Below, piece after piece: positions 10,901-20,452 of a DNA stretch of 64,000 nucleotides. The position numbers were made by a program, and so were the translations under genes. This DNA is from Promethearchaeota archaeon (GTDB lineage: Archaea; Asgardarchaeota; Lokiarchaeia; Sigyniarchaeales; SOKP01), in assembly GCA_019057865.1 (NCBI GenBank), contig JAHLWP010000004.1, forward strand, positions 64,001 to 128,000, written 5' to 3'. How positions within the stretch are numbered: the stretch's first letter is position 1; each line of letters begins with the position of its first letter. The notes under the pieces are model-generated. The model made no database searches, was not told where the DNA came from, and was given only the letters and a program-made list of their open reading frames with translations.

Positions 10901-12094
10901 TTATAAATATTTATCCAAAGATCCTCTATTTTTATTAAAAAGATTATTTTTCATACAATTTTTGTATTTTAATCTAATATTCTGAATGCCATATAAATCT
11001 TGGACTTGTTCATTAAATTGTTTAATAATTTCTTTTATGGCTTTTTTAGGATTCTTTTCAAGACATTTTTTATCAAATCCGTGAATTTCTTTAATTCTTA
11101 TAAGTATAGTCTCATGATCATTGGTAAGTTTATTTTTCTTTATATCATTTTTTTGAGCATATTCATATTCTTCTAATGATTTATGAAAATAATTTGGATA
11201 TTTATCGTGTTGTTTCCCATCAAATTCGCATGCAACTTTAAATTCTTTACCCTCAATTAAAACACTTTCATTATATCCATCAAATTTTAACATACCTTCA
11301 CCTGGCTTATATCTTAAACCATATGCTTTCGTTAGTGTTGTGTGGGAAAATTTTTTACCAAAAATCGCTTCCATATATTCCAATAAATATTCTTGGCATT
11401 TGAGTTGATAACAATAAGGACACCAAGATTTACGATATAAGAGATTTGAAACCATAACTGACCAACTGTGACCTTCTTGACATTTTATAGTTACGTATCT
11501 TCTTGAGATAATATCTTCCATATCGTCAAATTCCTTTTCCTTTGTTATTAATTTACCATGCTTAGATTGAATATATTTCTTAATACGATTATGGTCTATT
11601 CTTTGTCTACCACCACTAATACATAAATTTATCGTCCATATTTTATTGTACATTTCTTGAGCATTTTCTAAAACTTCTTCCGCCATAAAGGAAGGCAAAA
11701 ATTCATTCTTTAAATATTCCATAATCCAATTTGTTATAGTATTTGGATCAACCCCAAACTCTTGAGCATAATCAATGAGTTGATCAATTTTTCCTATTTC
11801 CTTAGGGAAATAATTTTTTAATTGGAATTGAAGCTTTTTTAGAAACTCTTGCTTATTTATTTTAGTTTTCTCTTTAAGTGTAGGCCATAATTTATTATAT
11901 ATGATTTCAGCCCTTTTAATACCATATTTTTGATTAAGATATTGAATTAAAGTTCTTCTAAATTTATTAAAAGATAATCCGAAATGTTTTGCAAATCCTC
12001 TTATGGATTTAAAATGTTTAAATCTCTTAATCTTTTCAATATGATCCTCTGGAACATCCCCCAAAAGATTATCAAAATATTGAAATAATGACAT
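10901..12094 (-). mobile_element. Putative free-standing homing endonuclease (HTH-like N-terminus, zinc ribbon, Vsr/DUF559-like PD-(D/E)xK nuclease domain)
   Basis: HTH-like SIRGFAKHFGLS and LIDYAQEFGVDPNTITNWI; C-x3-H...WCPYC zinc ribbon; KFDGY...ACEFDGKQH...QKNDIKKN...ILIRI; sits between two copies of a gene end. Confidence 0.72.
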
Positions 12095-12322
12095 TTTATT
12101 TTGTCCCGATATATATGTAACTTCAAATATCTTTGTGGTTAATTATTAAATCATTTTACTTAAATTAAAGGATTAGAGAGAATAAATTTTCTAATTACTC
12201 AATATGTTTTTAATTTCAAACTTATGAGAATATAATCTCAAATAGTAATTTTGCTAGTAAATGCATAGATCTAATTTAGCATTCAAGGACGACTATATTA
12301 AAAAAATTCTAAAAAAAAGAAC

Positions 12323-13009
12323 TCATTTATTTTTTAGAATTATTCTAGCATCTACACATATAAGTCCCTTTTCGTAAATAAAAACGGGATTTAGATCTAA
12401 TTCATTTATTTCTTCATATTTAATAACGAGATCAGAAATCTTCATTAAAGTATCAACAATAGCATTAATATCTGCTTTAGGTTTTCCCCGATATCCATCT
12501 AATATAGGAAACCCTTTAATCTCCCTTATCATCTCTCTACAATCATACTCAGTTACTGGCGCAATTCTAAAACTTACATCTTCTAATAGTTCTACAAGTA
12601 TACCTCCAATACCGAACATTAAAGCAGGACCAAATTGTGCATCAGTTGTCATTCCAATAATCAGTTCGGTTATTGGTTCGTCTGCCATTTTTTGGACTGA
12701 GATTTTTTTCTCTTTCTGAGACGGGATATTCATAAGATCTTTGTAAGCTGCTTCTAATTCATCTTTATCCTTGATGTTTAACTTTACAGCTCCAGTATCA
12801 GATTTATGCACAATATCTTCAGCGATAAGTTTTAAAACCACAGGGAAACCAATTTCTTCAGCTGCAGATATAGTCTCATCTATCGAAGTAATTAGTCTTT
12901 GAGAAGGAACTGATATGCCAATTTCTTGTAATAATTCCTTAGACTCAAATTCAGTGAGAATTGTCTCATTAGATTCAATTTTATTTTTTAAAACTTCAGA
13001 AATATCCAT
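12323..13009 (-). CDS. acdB: Acetate/acyl-CoA ligase (ADP-forming) beta subunit, ATP-grasp
   Basis: LTEFESKELL, GFPVVLK, HKSDTGAV, FGPALMFGIGG, ELDLNPV, VDARI. Confidence 0.9.
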   Translation of the reverse strand: MDISEVLKNKIESNETILTEFESKELLQEIGISVPSQRLITSIDETISAAEEIGFPVVLKLIAEDIVHKSDTGAVKLNIKDKDELEAAYKDLMNIPSQKEKKISVQKMADEPITELIIGMTTDAQFGPALMFGIGGILVELLEDVSFRIAPVTEYDCREMIREIKGFPILDGYRGKPKADINAIVDTLMKISDLVIKYEEINELDLNPVFIYEKGLICVDARIILKNK

Positions 13010-13151
13010 TGTAATATTCTCTTTAATAATTTAGAACTTAATACTTCTAATGATTTAATAAAATTATAATAAAAATTTAAAATTAATGAATATACTAATA
13101 AAACAGAAATCAAAATTAAAAAAAAAAATATTTTCCTTAATAAAGATAGAT

Positions 13152-14258
13152 ATGACTGGAGAAAAAGAAAGAAATATTTCGGTTTTATTGAAAAATCTCA
13201 TAGATTCTCATCAGGATTTAGAAATAGCTTTTCTTTACTCGAGAGAAGGACTATTGATTTCTAAATATGGGAGATTGGAGGATCGAGGAGAATCTGAGAC
13301 AGAAAATGAATTAGAAGTGATCTATGGCGCAATTACTACCATAGCAGAGAATTTATTAAATAGAATTAGTAATGAATATAAGATAGGACATTTTGGGAGC
13401 GGATCTTTTGAAACTCCTGACCATAGGATAATTTTTCTCGAAGCTGGTTCTGAAGCAATATTAATACTTTTCTGTAATTATGAAATAAACTTAAATCAAA
13501 TTTTTCCAGTTGCTTATCTTGTGGCTGAAAAAATAACACAATTATTAGAAGAAAGTTTTGATTTCAAATTTAATTCCTTAGATATTCCAGATTTAAATAT
13601 TCATGAAGATTTTTCCTTAAAATTAGATCAATATCGTTCTGTAGATGGAAAACAGCCTATAATTGAAAATGTTTCAATGGAATATCATATAAAGAAATCT
13701 AAAGACATAAAGAATGCATTTAAATTGATAATATTAGGCTCTGCTGCTGTTGGAAAAACTACATTAGTAAGAAGCTTTTTGAAAAAGGAGCAAACCCAAG
13801 ATTACCGAGCTACGATTGGAATTGCGATTAGCTCAAAACAGTTTTATATTCAAGGTTTTAAGGATGATAAAATCAACTTTCTTATCTATGATTTAGCTGG
13901 TCAAGAATTTTTCAAACGAATTCGGCATGAATATTATAAAGGAGCAAACTGTGCTTTTGTTGTTTATGATATTACACGAAGAGAAACTTTTGACGAAGGA
14001 ATTGATTATTGGTTTAAGGATGCTAGAGAGGAATTAGGAAATATACCATTTGTTATAATAGGTAATAAGGTTGACTTAGAAAACCAAAGACAAGTATCAA
14101 AAGAAGAAGGACTGAAAAAAGCGGCAGAATTGAAAAGCTTTTTTATTGAGACTTCAGCATTATATAATATTAATGTTCAAGATACTTTTAAATTAATAGG
14201 AATTGGTTTATTTTTCAAATCTGAAGATGAATTAATAAAAGCTGATGAAACCTTTTAA
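13152..14258 (+). CDS. Roadblock domain fused to Rab-like small GTPase (ORF track start 13086; ATG at 13152 more likely)
   Basis: Roadblock-like AFLYSREGLLISK; G1 GSAAVGKT, G2 ATIG, G3 YDLAGQE, G4 NKVD, G5 ETSA. Confidence 0.88.
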   Translation: MTGEKERNISVLLKNLIDSHQDLEIAFLYSREGLLISKYGRLEDRGESETENELEVIYGAITTIAENLLNRISNEYKIGHFGSGSFETPDHRIIFLEAGSEAILILFCNYEINLNQIFPVAYLVAEKITQLLEESFDFKFNSLDIPDLNIHEDFSLKLDQYRSVDGKQPIIENVSMEYHIKKSKDIKNAFKLIILGSAAVGKTTLVRSFLKKEQTQDYRATIGIAISSKQFYIQGFKDDKINFLIYDLAGQEFFKRIRHEYYKGANCAFVVYDITRRETFDEGIDYWFKDAREELGNIPFVIIGNKVDLENQRQVSKEEGLKKAAELKSFFIETSALYNINVQDTFKLIGIGLFFKSEDELIKADETF

Positions 14259-14326
14259 AATATATAATGCTTAAAGATTTATTTAAAAATTTTTTTAGAA
14301 AATAAAAATAGAATAAAACCAATTAT

Positions 14327-17143
14327 TTATTTTTTCCTGACTGTCATGCCTCTTTTCTTTCTAATTCTCCATTTTCTTAGTTCATCCACTACAGATACAC
14401 TAAAAGCTGTAAGGAAAAGAGCAAGCCAATAATAAGGATGAAAGAGTGGAACAACATGAAATGCTAAACCTAAAGGTGTAAAAAGGATTAATAATTGTAG
14501 CCCAAGAGAAAGTCCTGTTGCCCAGAATAAATGCTTATTTGGAAATAGATAAAAAGGCTTTATATTGGAAGTACATGAATAAACAAGCAATAATTCACAA
14601 ATTACCAAACTCGTGAATAGAATGGTTTGCGCCAATTGTGCAGCGTATAGAGAATCTATTGATGTTAATCTTGGATCAATTCCAGTATCAATCCATGCTG
14701 GGATTAATACAGACCATAGAAGTAAATAGAGTATTATATCCGTTATCGCAGTATATATTCCAAGGAGTAGAACAGGCCCCTTTATCTCTGGAAGCAAAGT
14801 AAATCCTTTTCGCGGTTTATCTTTCATTACATCAGGATCCGTCGGAGTAAGTCCTAAAACCATAGCTGGGATTCCATCTGTGGCTATATTTAGCCAGAGA
14901 ATCTGAATTGGAGTAACAGGAAGTGCAAGAAACACAGTTGAGAAAAGTTTCATAAAGATATAAGCTGAAAGAATTAAAAATATTTCATCAAAGTTAGTGC
15001 TTAGCATATATCTGAAGAAACCTTTAGTAGTTTCGAAGATACCTCTGCCTTCCTCTATAGCATTAACGATCGTAGCATAATTATCATCAATTAATATCAC
15101 TTCAGAAGCTTCTTGAGTCACTTCAGTTCCTTTGAGCCCCATTGCTACGCCTACATGTGCTCCTTTTACAGCTGGTGCATCATTTACTCCATCTCCTGTC
15201 ATTGAGACTATTAAATCTAATTCTTTTAATCTCCTTAAAATTCTTAGCTTATGTTCTGATGTGACTCTCGCAAAAATATCCACTGTTTTAACTCTTTCCC
15301 TAAGCTCATCATCACTCATTTCTTCTAAATCTACTCCTGTAATTGCTTCATCGGATTCAGTTAAACCAATCTCATGAGCAATTGCGATAGCTGTAATTTT
15401 ATGATCTCCTGTAATCATCATTGTTCTTATTCCTGCCAATCTGGCTTCCTCTATAGCATCTTTCACTTCATCTCTCGCAGGATCAATGATACCTACCAAA
15501 CCAAGATATATATAGTCTTTTTCTATTTCATCCTCCTTATACCCCTCATTAAGAGGTTTATAAGCAACCCCTAAGACTCTTAAAGCATTTTTTGCAAATT
15601 CTTCATTTTTGTTGAGAATTATATCTTTTACTTCGTTGATTGGTTTTACTTGATTATCATAAACAGCATGACTAGCATTGATCAACAAAACATCTGGAGC
15701 TCCCTTAATTAATGAATATAATTTATTATCGATTCTTACTACTACTGACATCATTTTCCTGTCGGAACTAAAAGGTATCTCATCAATTTTCTCTGCTTTA
15801 GTATCCAACTCCATTTTCATAGCTAAGACTTTCATTGAAATTTCGGTTGGATCTCCAACTACATCAGTATCATGTGTCCCATCATTTCTAGGTGAAACAT
15901 TTGAATTGTTACAAAACATACATACTTCTAGGTATCTTCTTAAATTATCTGTAATTTGAACTTGCTTACCTTTATCATTAATAATTTTACCCTCAAGTGC
16001 ATAACCTACACCCTCTACAACATATTCCATACCACCTACAAACACTTTTACAACAGTCATTTCATTCTTTGTTAAAGTACCTGTTTTATCAGAACAAATA
16101 ACATTTACTCTTCCCAGTGTCTCTACAGCAGTTAGTTTCCTTACTAATGCGTTTCTATCTGCCATTTTTCTCATTCCAATACTCATTACTACTGTAATCA
16201 CAACTATAAGCCCTTCAGGAACTGCGGAGACTGCTAAACTTATTGATATTTCAAACGCTTCAATAAATTCTTCAACTTCGCCTTCTGTAAGTGCCAAAAT
16301 TATAAATTCAACAAAAAAGACAGCGGCACAGATTATCAATATGACTATTCCTAACAATTTTCCAAACCTATTTACCTCTTTCTGGAAAGGTGAAAGTTCT
16401 ATCTCTTCTTCTTGCAAACTTTCAGCAATTTTCCCTATCTCAGTTTTCATTCCTGTGCCAATTACAATTCCTTCTCCATTTCCTCTAGTAATTATTGTAT
16501 TCATGTATCCCAAATTTGTTCTATCTGCTAATATCATTTTTTCTTCCACCGGATTAAGTTGTTTTTTAACTGGCTTCGATTCTCCTGTTAAAATTGCTTC
16601 ATCAACATAAAGAGAAAATCCCCTGTAAAGCCTTATATCTGCTGGGAATTTATCTCCTTCTTCGAATAATACAATATCTCCAGGTACAACTTCTTCTACA
16701 GCAATTTCTAAAACTCTATTTCCTCTCCGTACTTTGGCAAAATGAGGTGCTAATTTCTTTAAACTCTCAAGAGATCTTTCTGCTTGATATTCCTGATAAA
16801 ACCCTAAAACTGCATTAACAATCAAAATTGCAGCAATTACTACCGCATCTGTATATTCTGTTGACCATGACTCTGCTCCAGGTCTACTTGCTTCCCAAGC
16901 CCCTATAATTACTGATATAATTATAGCAAAAATAAGTAGGTAAATAAGAAAGTCTTTAAATTGTCCTATAAATATTTGCAAAGCTGTCTTGCCTTTCTCT
17001 TTAATTAATTCATTTTTGCCATATAATTCAATTCTTTTTTGAGCATCAGATTCAGTTAAACCATTTTCCATCGACGTATTCATTAAATTTTCTACATTTT
17101 CAAATGTTGTTGAATGAGCATGAATATTTTTTATTTCAACCAT
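14327..17143 (-). CDS. Cation-transporting P-type ATPase, type II (Ca2+-like)
   Basis: TGES, PEGL, DKTGTLT, KGAPD, TGD, GDGVNDAP, QILWLNIATDG. Confidence 0.95.
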   Translation of the reverse strand: MVEIKNIHAHSTTFENVENLMNTSMENGLTESDAQKRIELYGKNELIKEKGKTALQIFIGQFKDFLIYLLIFAIIISVIIGAWEASRPGAESWSTEYTDAVVIAAILIVNAVLGFYQEYQAERSLESLKKLAPHFAKVRRGNRVLEIAVEEVVPGDIVLFEEGDKFPADIRLYRGFSLYVDEAILTGESKPVKKQLNPVEEKMILADRTNLGYMNTIITRGNGEGIVIGTGMKTEIGKIAESLQEEEIELSPFQKEVNRFGKLLGIVILIICAAVFFVEFIILALTEGEVEEFIEAFEISISLAVSAVPEGLIVVITVVMSIGMRKMADRNALVRKLTAVETLGRVNVICSDKTGTLTKNEMTVVKVFVGGMEYVVEGVGYALEGKIINDKGKQVQITDNLRRYLEVCMFCNNSNVSPRNDGTHDTDVVGDPTEISMKVLAMKMELDTKAEKIDEIPFSSDRKMMSVVVRIDNKLYSLIKGAPDVLLINASHAVYDNQVKPINEVKDIILNKNEEFAKNALRVLGVAYKPLNEGYKEDEIEKDYIYLGLVGIIDPARDEVKDAIEEARLAGIRTMMITGDHKITAIAIAHEIGLTESDEAITGVDLEEMSDDELRERVKTVDIFARVTSEHKLRILRRLKELDLIVSMTGDGVNDAPAVKGAHVGVAMGLKGTEVTQEASEVILIDDNYATIVNAIEEGRGIFETTKGFFRYMLSTNFDEIFLILSAYIFMKLFSTVFLALPVTPIQILWLNIATDGIPAMVLGLTPTDPDVMKDKPRKGFTLLPEIKGPVLLLGIYTAITDIILYLLLWSVLIPAWIDTGIDPRLTSIDSLYAAQLAQTILFTSLVICELLLVYSCTSNIKPFYLFPNKHLFWATGLSLGLQLLILFTPLGLAFHVVPLFHPYYWLALFLTAFSVSVVDELRKWRIRKKRGMTVRKK

Positions 17144-17437
17144 CTTAACTTCAATTCTTTTTTAGGTTTTTATAAAAAATTATATTAATAAGTTATAATC
17201 TTAATAACTGAATTATAAAATTTAAATTCATTTATAGTCATTTCTTCTAGTTAAAAAAATGAACTCATCTTAAAAATTATAGAAGATTCGTGATTAACGG
17301 TTGCGTCCGTTTATTTTCAAAATAATTCAAATTCTTAAAAAAATAAAATATAAATTTTATAAGCATGATTATTCTTATAAGATAAAACTTAATTTTATCA
17401 ATAAAATCTAGTTTTTTAAACATAACATACAACTTTA

Positions 17438-18028
17438 TTGATTATTATGAGACCATCACGAGTTTTTAGATGGATAATTAGAATATTAATACTAGTTTTA
17501 ACATTGTCAGTTACTGCTGTTTCCATACTAGGTGGAATGTCTGCTATTTTGATACTTTCTAATCAAGATAATATTGGAATTGATTATGATAATGCTGATT
17601 TTAATTTAGATTATAATGAGACAACTGGAGAGATAAATAATATCAATTTCACTTTGCCATTTAATATAACAAATGCAGGTTTTTTTGATTTAGAAGATCT
17701 TAAATTAGGACTTCAAATAGGTCTTCAATATTATCATGTTAATTTAACTGGAACAGGTGAAAATATCTCTCAAACAGTAAAAATTTTTGATAAAACAGAA
17801 TCTTATCCGACAATTAGAAAAGGTAAAACATTATATGGTAATTACACAGGAGTATACGATGATTTTCTCCCGTATTTAGGAAGCCTTCCAAATATTGTTG
17901 ATATAGATCTTACAAGAGTTCCCATATTTAATTTCTATGCTAATTTTACAATCAGTCTAACATATTCTTTAGGATTACATTCTATTACTCTTGGAATAAA
18001 TAACGTTACAGTAGGGGAATATCCTTAG
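17438..18028 (+). CDS. Hypothetical membrane-anchored protein with beta-sandwich-like extracellular part
   Basis: N-terminal TM, N-glycosylation sequons, first gene of a 3-gene run. Confidence 0.65.
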   Translation: MIIMRPSRVFRWIIRILILVLTLSVTAVSILGGMSAILILSNQDNIGIDYDNADFNLDYNETTGEINNINFTLPFNITNAGFFDLEDLKLGLQIGLQYYHVNLTGTGENISQTVKIFDKTESYPTIRKGKTLYGNYTGVYDDFLPYLGSLPNIVDIDLTRVPIFNFYANFTISLTYSLGLHSITLGINNVTVGEYP

Positions 18029-18040
18029 GAGGTTCAAGAA

Positions 18041-18529
18041 ATGGGTCCAACAATAAACATAGTAAAAGGTACTATTTATACTGTTATATATGTATGTTTT
18101 ACAATCATAATTCCAGTAGTAACATTTTCTTTACTAAGAGAATATGTTGTTGAGGGTTTACCATTAGATTTTACCCAGGAAGATTTAAACAATATTATAT
18201 TTTGGGTTACTGCATTGGGATTAGTTATAAGTGGATGTGCTTTCTTCACTCATTCTTCACCTAAGCAATCAATAAGAAGAGGTACTTTTGCTTTGATCCA
18301 AGTATTAGTTAATTGTCTATACTTATGGAGCTATAAATTCTCAGGAGCAACTGAAATAATATTTGATTTAGATATGGGTGATACTTCAGGATTTCTAAGC
18401 TTAAATTTACAACAGATGGTTTTAGTTTATTTGGGAATTTATTTTCTAACTATAATTCTAAAAGTATATGATGTTATTGATTTTACAATTAATAGAGAGA
18501 AAATCCGAAACGATAGAATGAAAGAATAA
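18041..18529 (+). CDS. Hypothetical 4-TM membrane protein
   Basis: Four hydrophobic segments; AGGAGGT ribosome-binding site upstream. Confidence 0.75.
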   Translation: MGPTINIVKGTIYTVIYVCFTIIIPVVTFSLLREYVVEGLPLDFTQEDLNNIIFWVTALGLVISGCAFFTHSSPKQSIRRGTFALIQVLVNCLYLWSYKFSGATEIIFDLDMGDTSGFLSLNLQQMVLVYLGIYFLTIILKVYDVIDFTINREKIRNDRMKE

Positions 18530-18544
18530 AGAGGTAGAGAAAAA

Positions 18545-18931
18545 ATGCTTTTCCAAACTATGGGATTTTTAGAAGTATTAGCTGATATTTTTGGAGCAAT
18601 TTTAATTTTCTTAAAACCAATAATAGTACCCACCGGCGAATGGATGGTTGACTGGATTACTGCATCAATGGAATTTTTGAAACAAAACTTTAGCAGTGAA
18701 CTAACTATTTATATTGTAATCTTTGTCATTCTGATTGTATCTGGTGTTATTATAAATATCATTTGGCCAGGTGATCGCCCAGGAACAATATTCTCCAAAG
18801 GTTTAGATAAAATAGACGAAAAGTTCGAAGAAAAATTGGCTATTCCAGATGAAATAAGGAGATGTAAGGACTGTGGTAATCCAATTGGGGATTCTAGAGT
18901 TTGTCCTTTATGTGGAGCTGAAAATGATTAA
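18545..18931 (+). CDS. Hypothetical membrane protein with C-terminal zinc ribbon
   Basis: TM helix; CKDC...CPLC; GAGGT upstream. Confidence 0.75.
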   Translation: MLFQTMGFLEVLADIFGAILIFLKPIIVPTGEWMVDWITASMEFLKQNFSSELTIYIVIFVILIVSGVIINIIWPGDRPGTIFSKGLDKIDEKFEEKLAIPDEIRRCKDCGNPIGDSRVCPLCGAEND

Positions 18932-18953
18932 AAACCTTTTTTTTATTTAATTT

Positions 18954-19578
18954 TTATTTATTCATTTTTAAGAGCAATTTTGCTACTCTTTTACCTAAAT
19001 CTTTAGCAATCAAACCACCAAGCTCATCAACTTCTTCTTTTCCTAAAAATTCTTTAAGGTTATATTTTTGTAAGCTGGTGATAGGGATATTTCCTTCAAG
19101 AATTGGGCTTCCTAATATATTTCCCACTATAATCATGCCTTGTATTAAAGCAAAATTTATTAAATCAGAGATAACCCCCTCTCCGCCATTCCTTAGGCCT
19201 GTTGAAGCCAGAGGTGCAAATATTACATCTTTCAATAGGTAATCTTTCATTTTCCATGGTCTTGATCGATCTATTAGCACTTTTATCTGTGAACTAACTG
19301 AACCAAAATAATTTGGAGCAGCTATTAAGATTGCAGATGACCCTAAGATTAATTCTTCTATTTTTTTAGTATCATCATTTTCTGCTAAAGGACAATCATT
19401 TGGAGGTTCTTAAACATTGATCACATCCATTGCAAGGAGTTATTTTATAATCAGAAATTTGAATTTTATTGATATCAAAATTATTATTAATAGATTTTAT
19501 GCCTTCAATAGCTTGATCGATTAAGTAATTGCAACTTTTATTCTTTCTCGGTGACCCAACTATTAGAGTTATTTTCAT
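18954..19578 (-). pseudogene. Iron-sulfur flavoprotein / flavodoxin-like FMN reductase split by a single-base frameshift near 19407
   Basis: GSPRK, CNGCDQC, then in the shifted frame PPNDCP...AAPNYFGSVSSQIKVLIDRS...RNGGEG; joins ORFs 19396..19578 and 18954..19280. Confidence 0.85.
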
Positions 19579-19657
19579 ATTAATATTAACTTTTAATATT
19601 TAATTAAGTTAATTTTATACCAATAAGAATATAATCATCGTTCCAGAAAAAAATAAC

Positions 19658-20410
19658 ATGAAGCTAATTAAAGATAAAGTAGAATTTCAAAAAGTTAAGA
19701 AGGGTCTATTAGACGATTTAAAGTACTATAATCAGTTTATTATAAAAAAAATTGAGGTTGATAATTTAATCTCAGCAATAAATAAAGTCAAATCAGCTAT
19801 TACATTAATAGAAGAATACCAGAATGATTTTAATTTAATTAATGAATTATCGGAATTTAAAAAATTAAGTCAAAAAATAGATTTAGAATTAAGAGAACGA
19901 AGGAGGTTTTATTTAAGGAGATATAATAATCTTTTAAAAGAGAAGATAAATGAATCTAATTTAGAAAATTTTATGAAATTATTAGCTATGTTAAAGAATG
20001 AAGTAGATAATAACTTGAGTAAATTTAATCTTGAAGATATTCATAATAATATTAATAAATATTTTGTTTATATCAAACGGATATACGAGATCCTAAGTTG
20101 TTGTGAGATTTTAAATTATTATGATGTTTCTGAAAAAATATTCAACTTTGTTAATGATTTAAAGTCTGAAAACTTTCCAAATTTAAAATTTTTTGTTTCC
20201 TCGATATATAAGAATTTGATTACTAAGAGATTATTTGAATTTTCTAAAGAATATAATATTATTTCAATATCTACTCTTTCTAAGAGAATGGCAATTAAAC
20301 AAGAATATTTAATAAAATTTATTAATTCACTAGAAAAACAACCTAAAGCACCAATTATAGATTATAATCCTTCTGCTCAAGTCGTGACTTTTAAAAAGTC
20401 AAGGATATAA
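19658..20410 (+). CDS. Helical protein with PCI-like C-terminal winged helix
   Basis: LFEFSKEYNIISISTLSKRMAI...IDYNPSAQVVTF resembles the PCI consensus. Confidence 0.55.
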   Translation: MKLIKDKVEFQKVKKGLLDDLKYYNQFIIKKIEVDNLISAINKVKSAITLIEEYQNDFNLINELSEFKKLSQKIDLELRERRRFYLRRYNNLLKEKINESNLENFMKLLAMLKNEVDNNLSKFNLEDIHNNINKYFVYIKRIYEILSCCEILNYYDVSEKIFNFVNDLKSENFPNLKFFVSSIYKNLITKRLFEFSKEYNIISISTLSKRMAIKQEYLIKFINSLEKQPKAPIIDYNPSAQVVTFKKSRI

Positions 20411-20452
20411 AATTAATTAATAATCGAACTTTAGCAATTAATAAAAGATTTT

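Noticed and set aside
17259-17312. ATGA...AA...TGA SECIS-like pattern and an AACGG/CCGTT hairpin
   Set aside because: Stem pairing is weak and it is not downstream of any TGA-containing gene
19396-19398. TGA as selenocysteine in the flavoprotein
   Set aside because: Homology continues in a different frame, so it is a frameshift rather than readthrough
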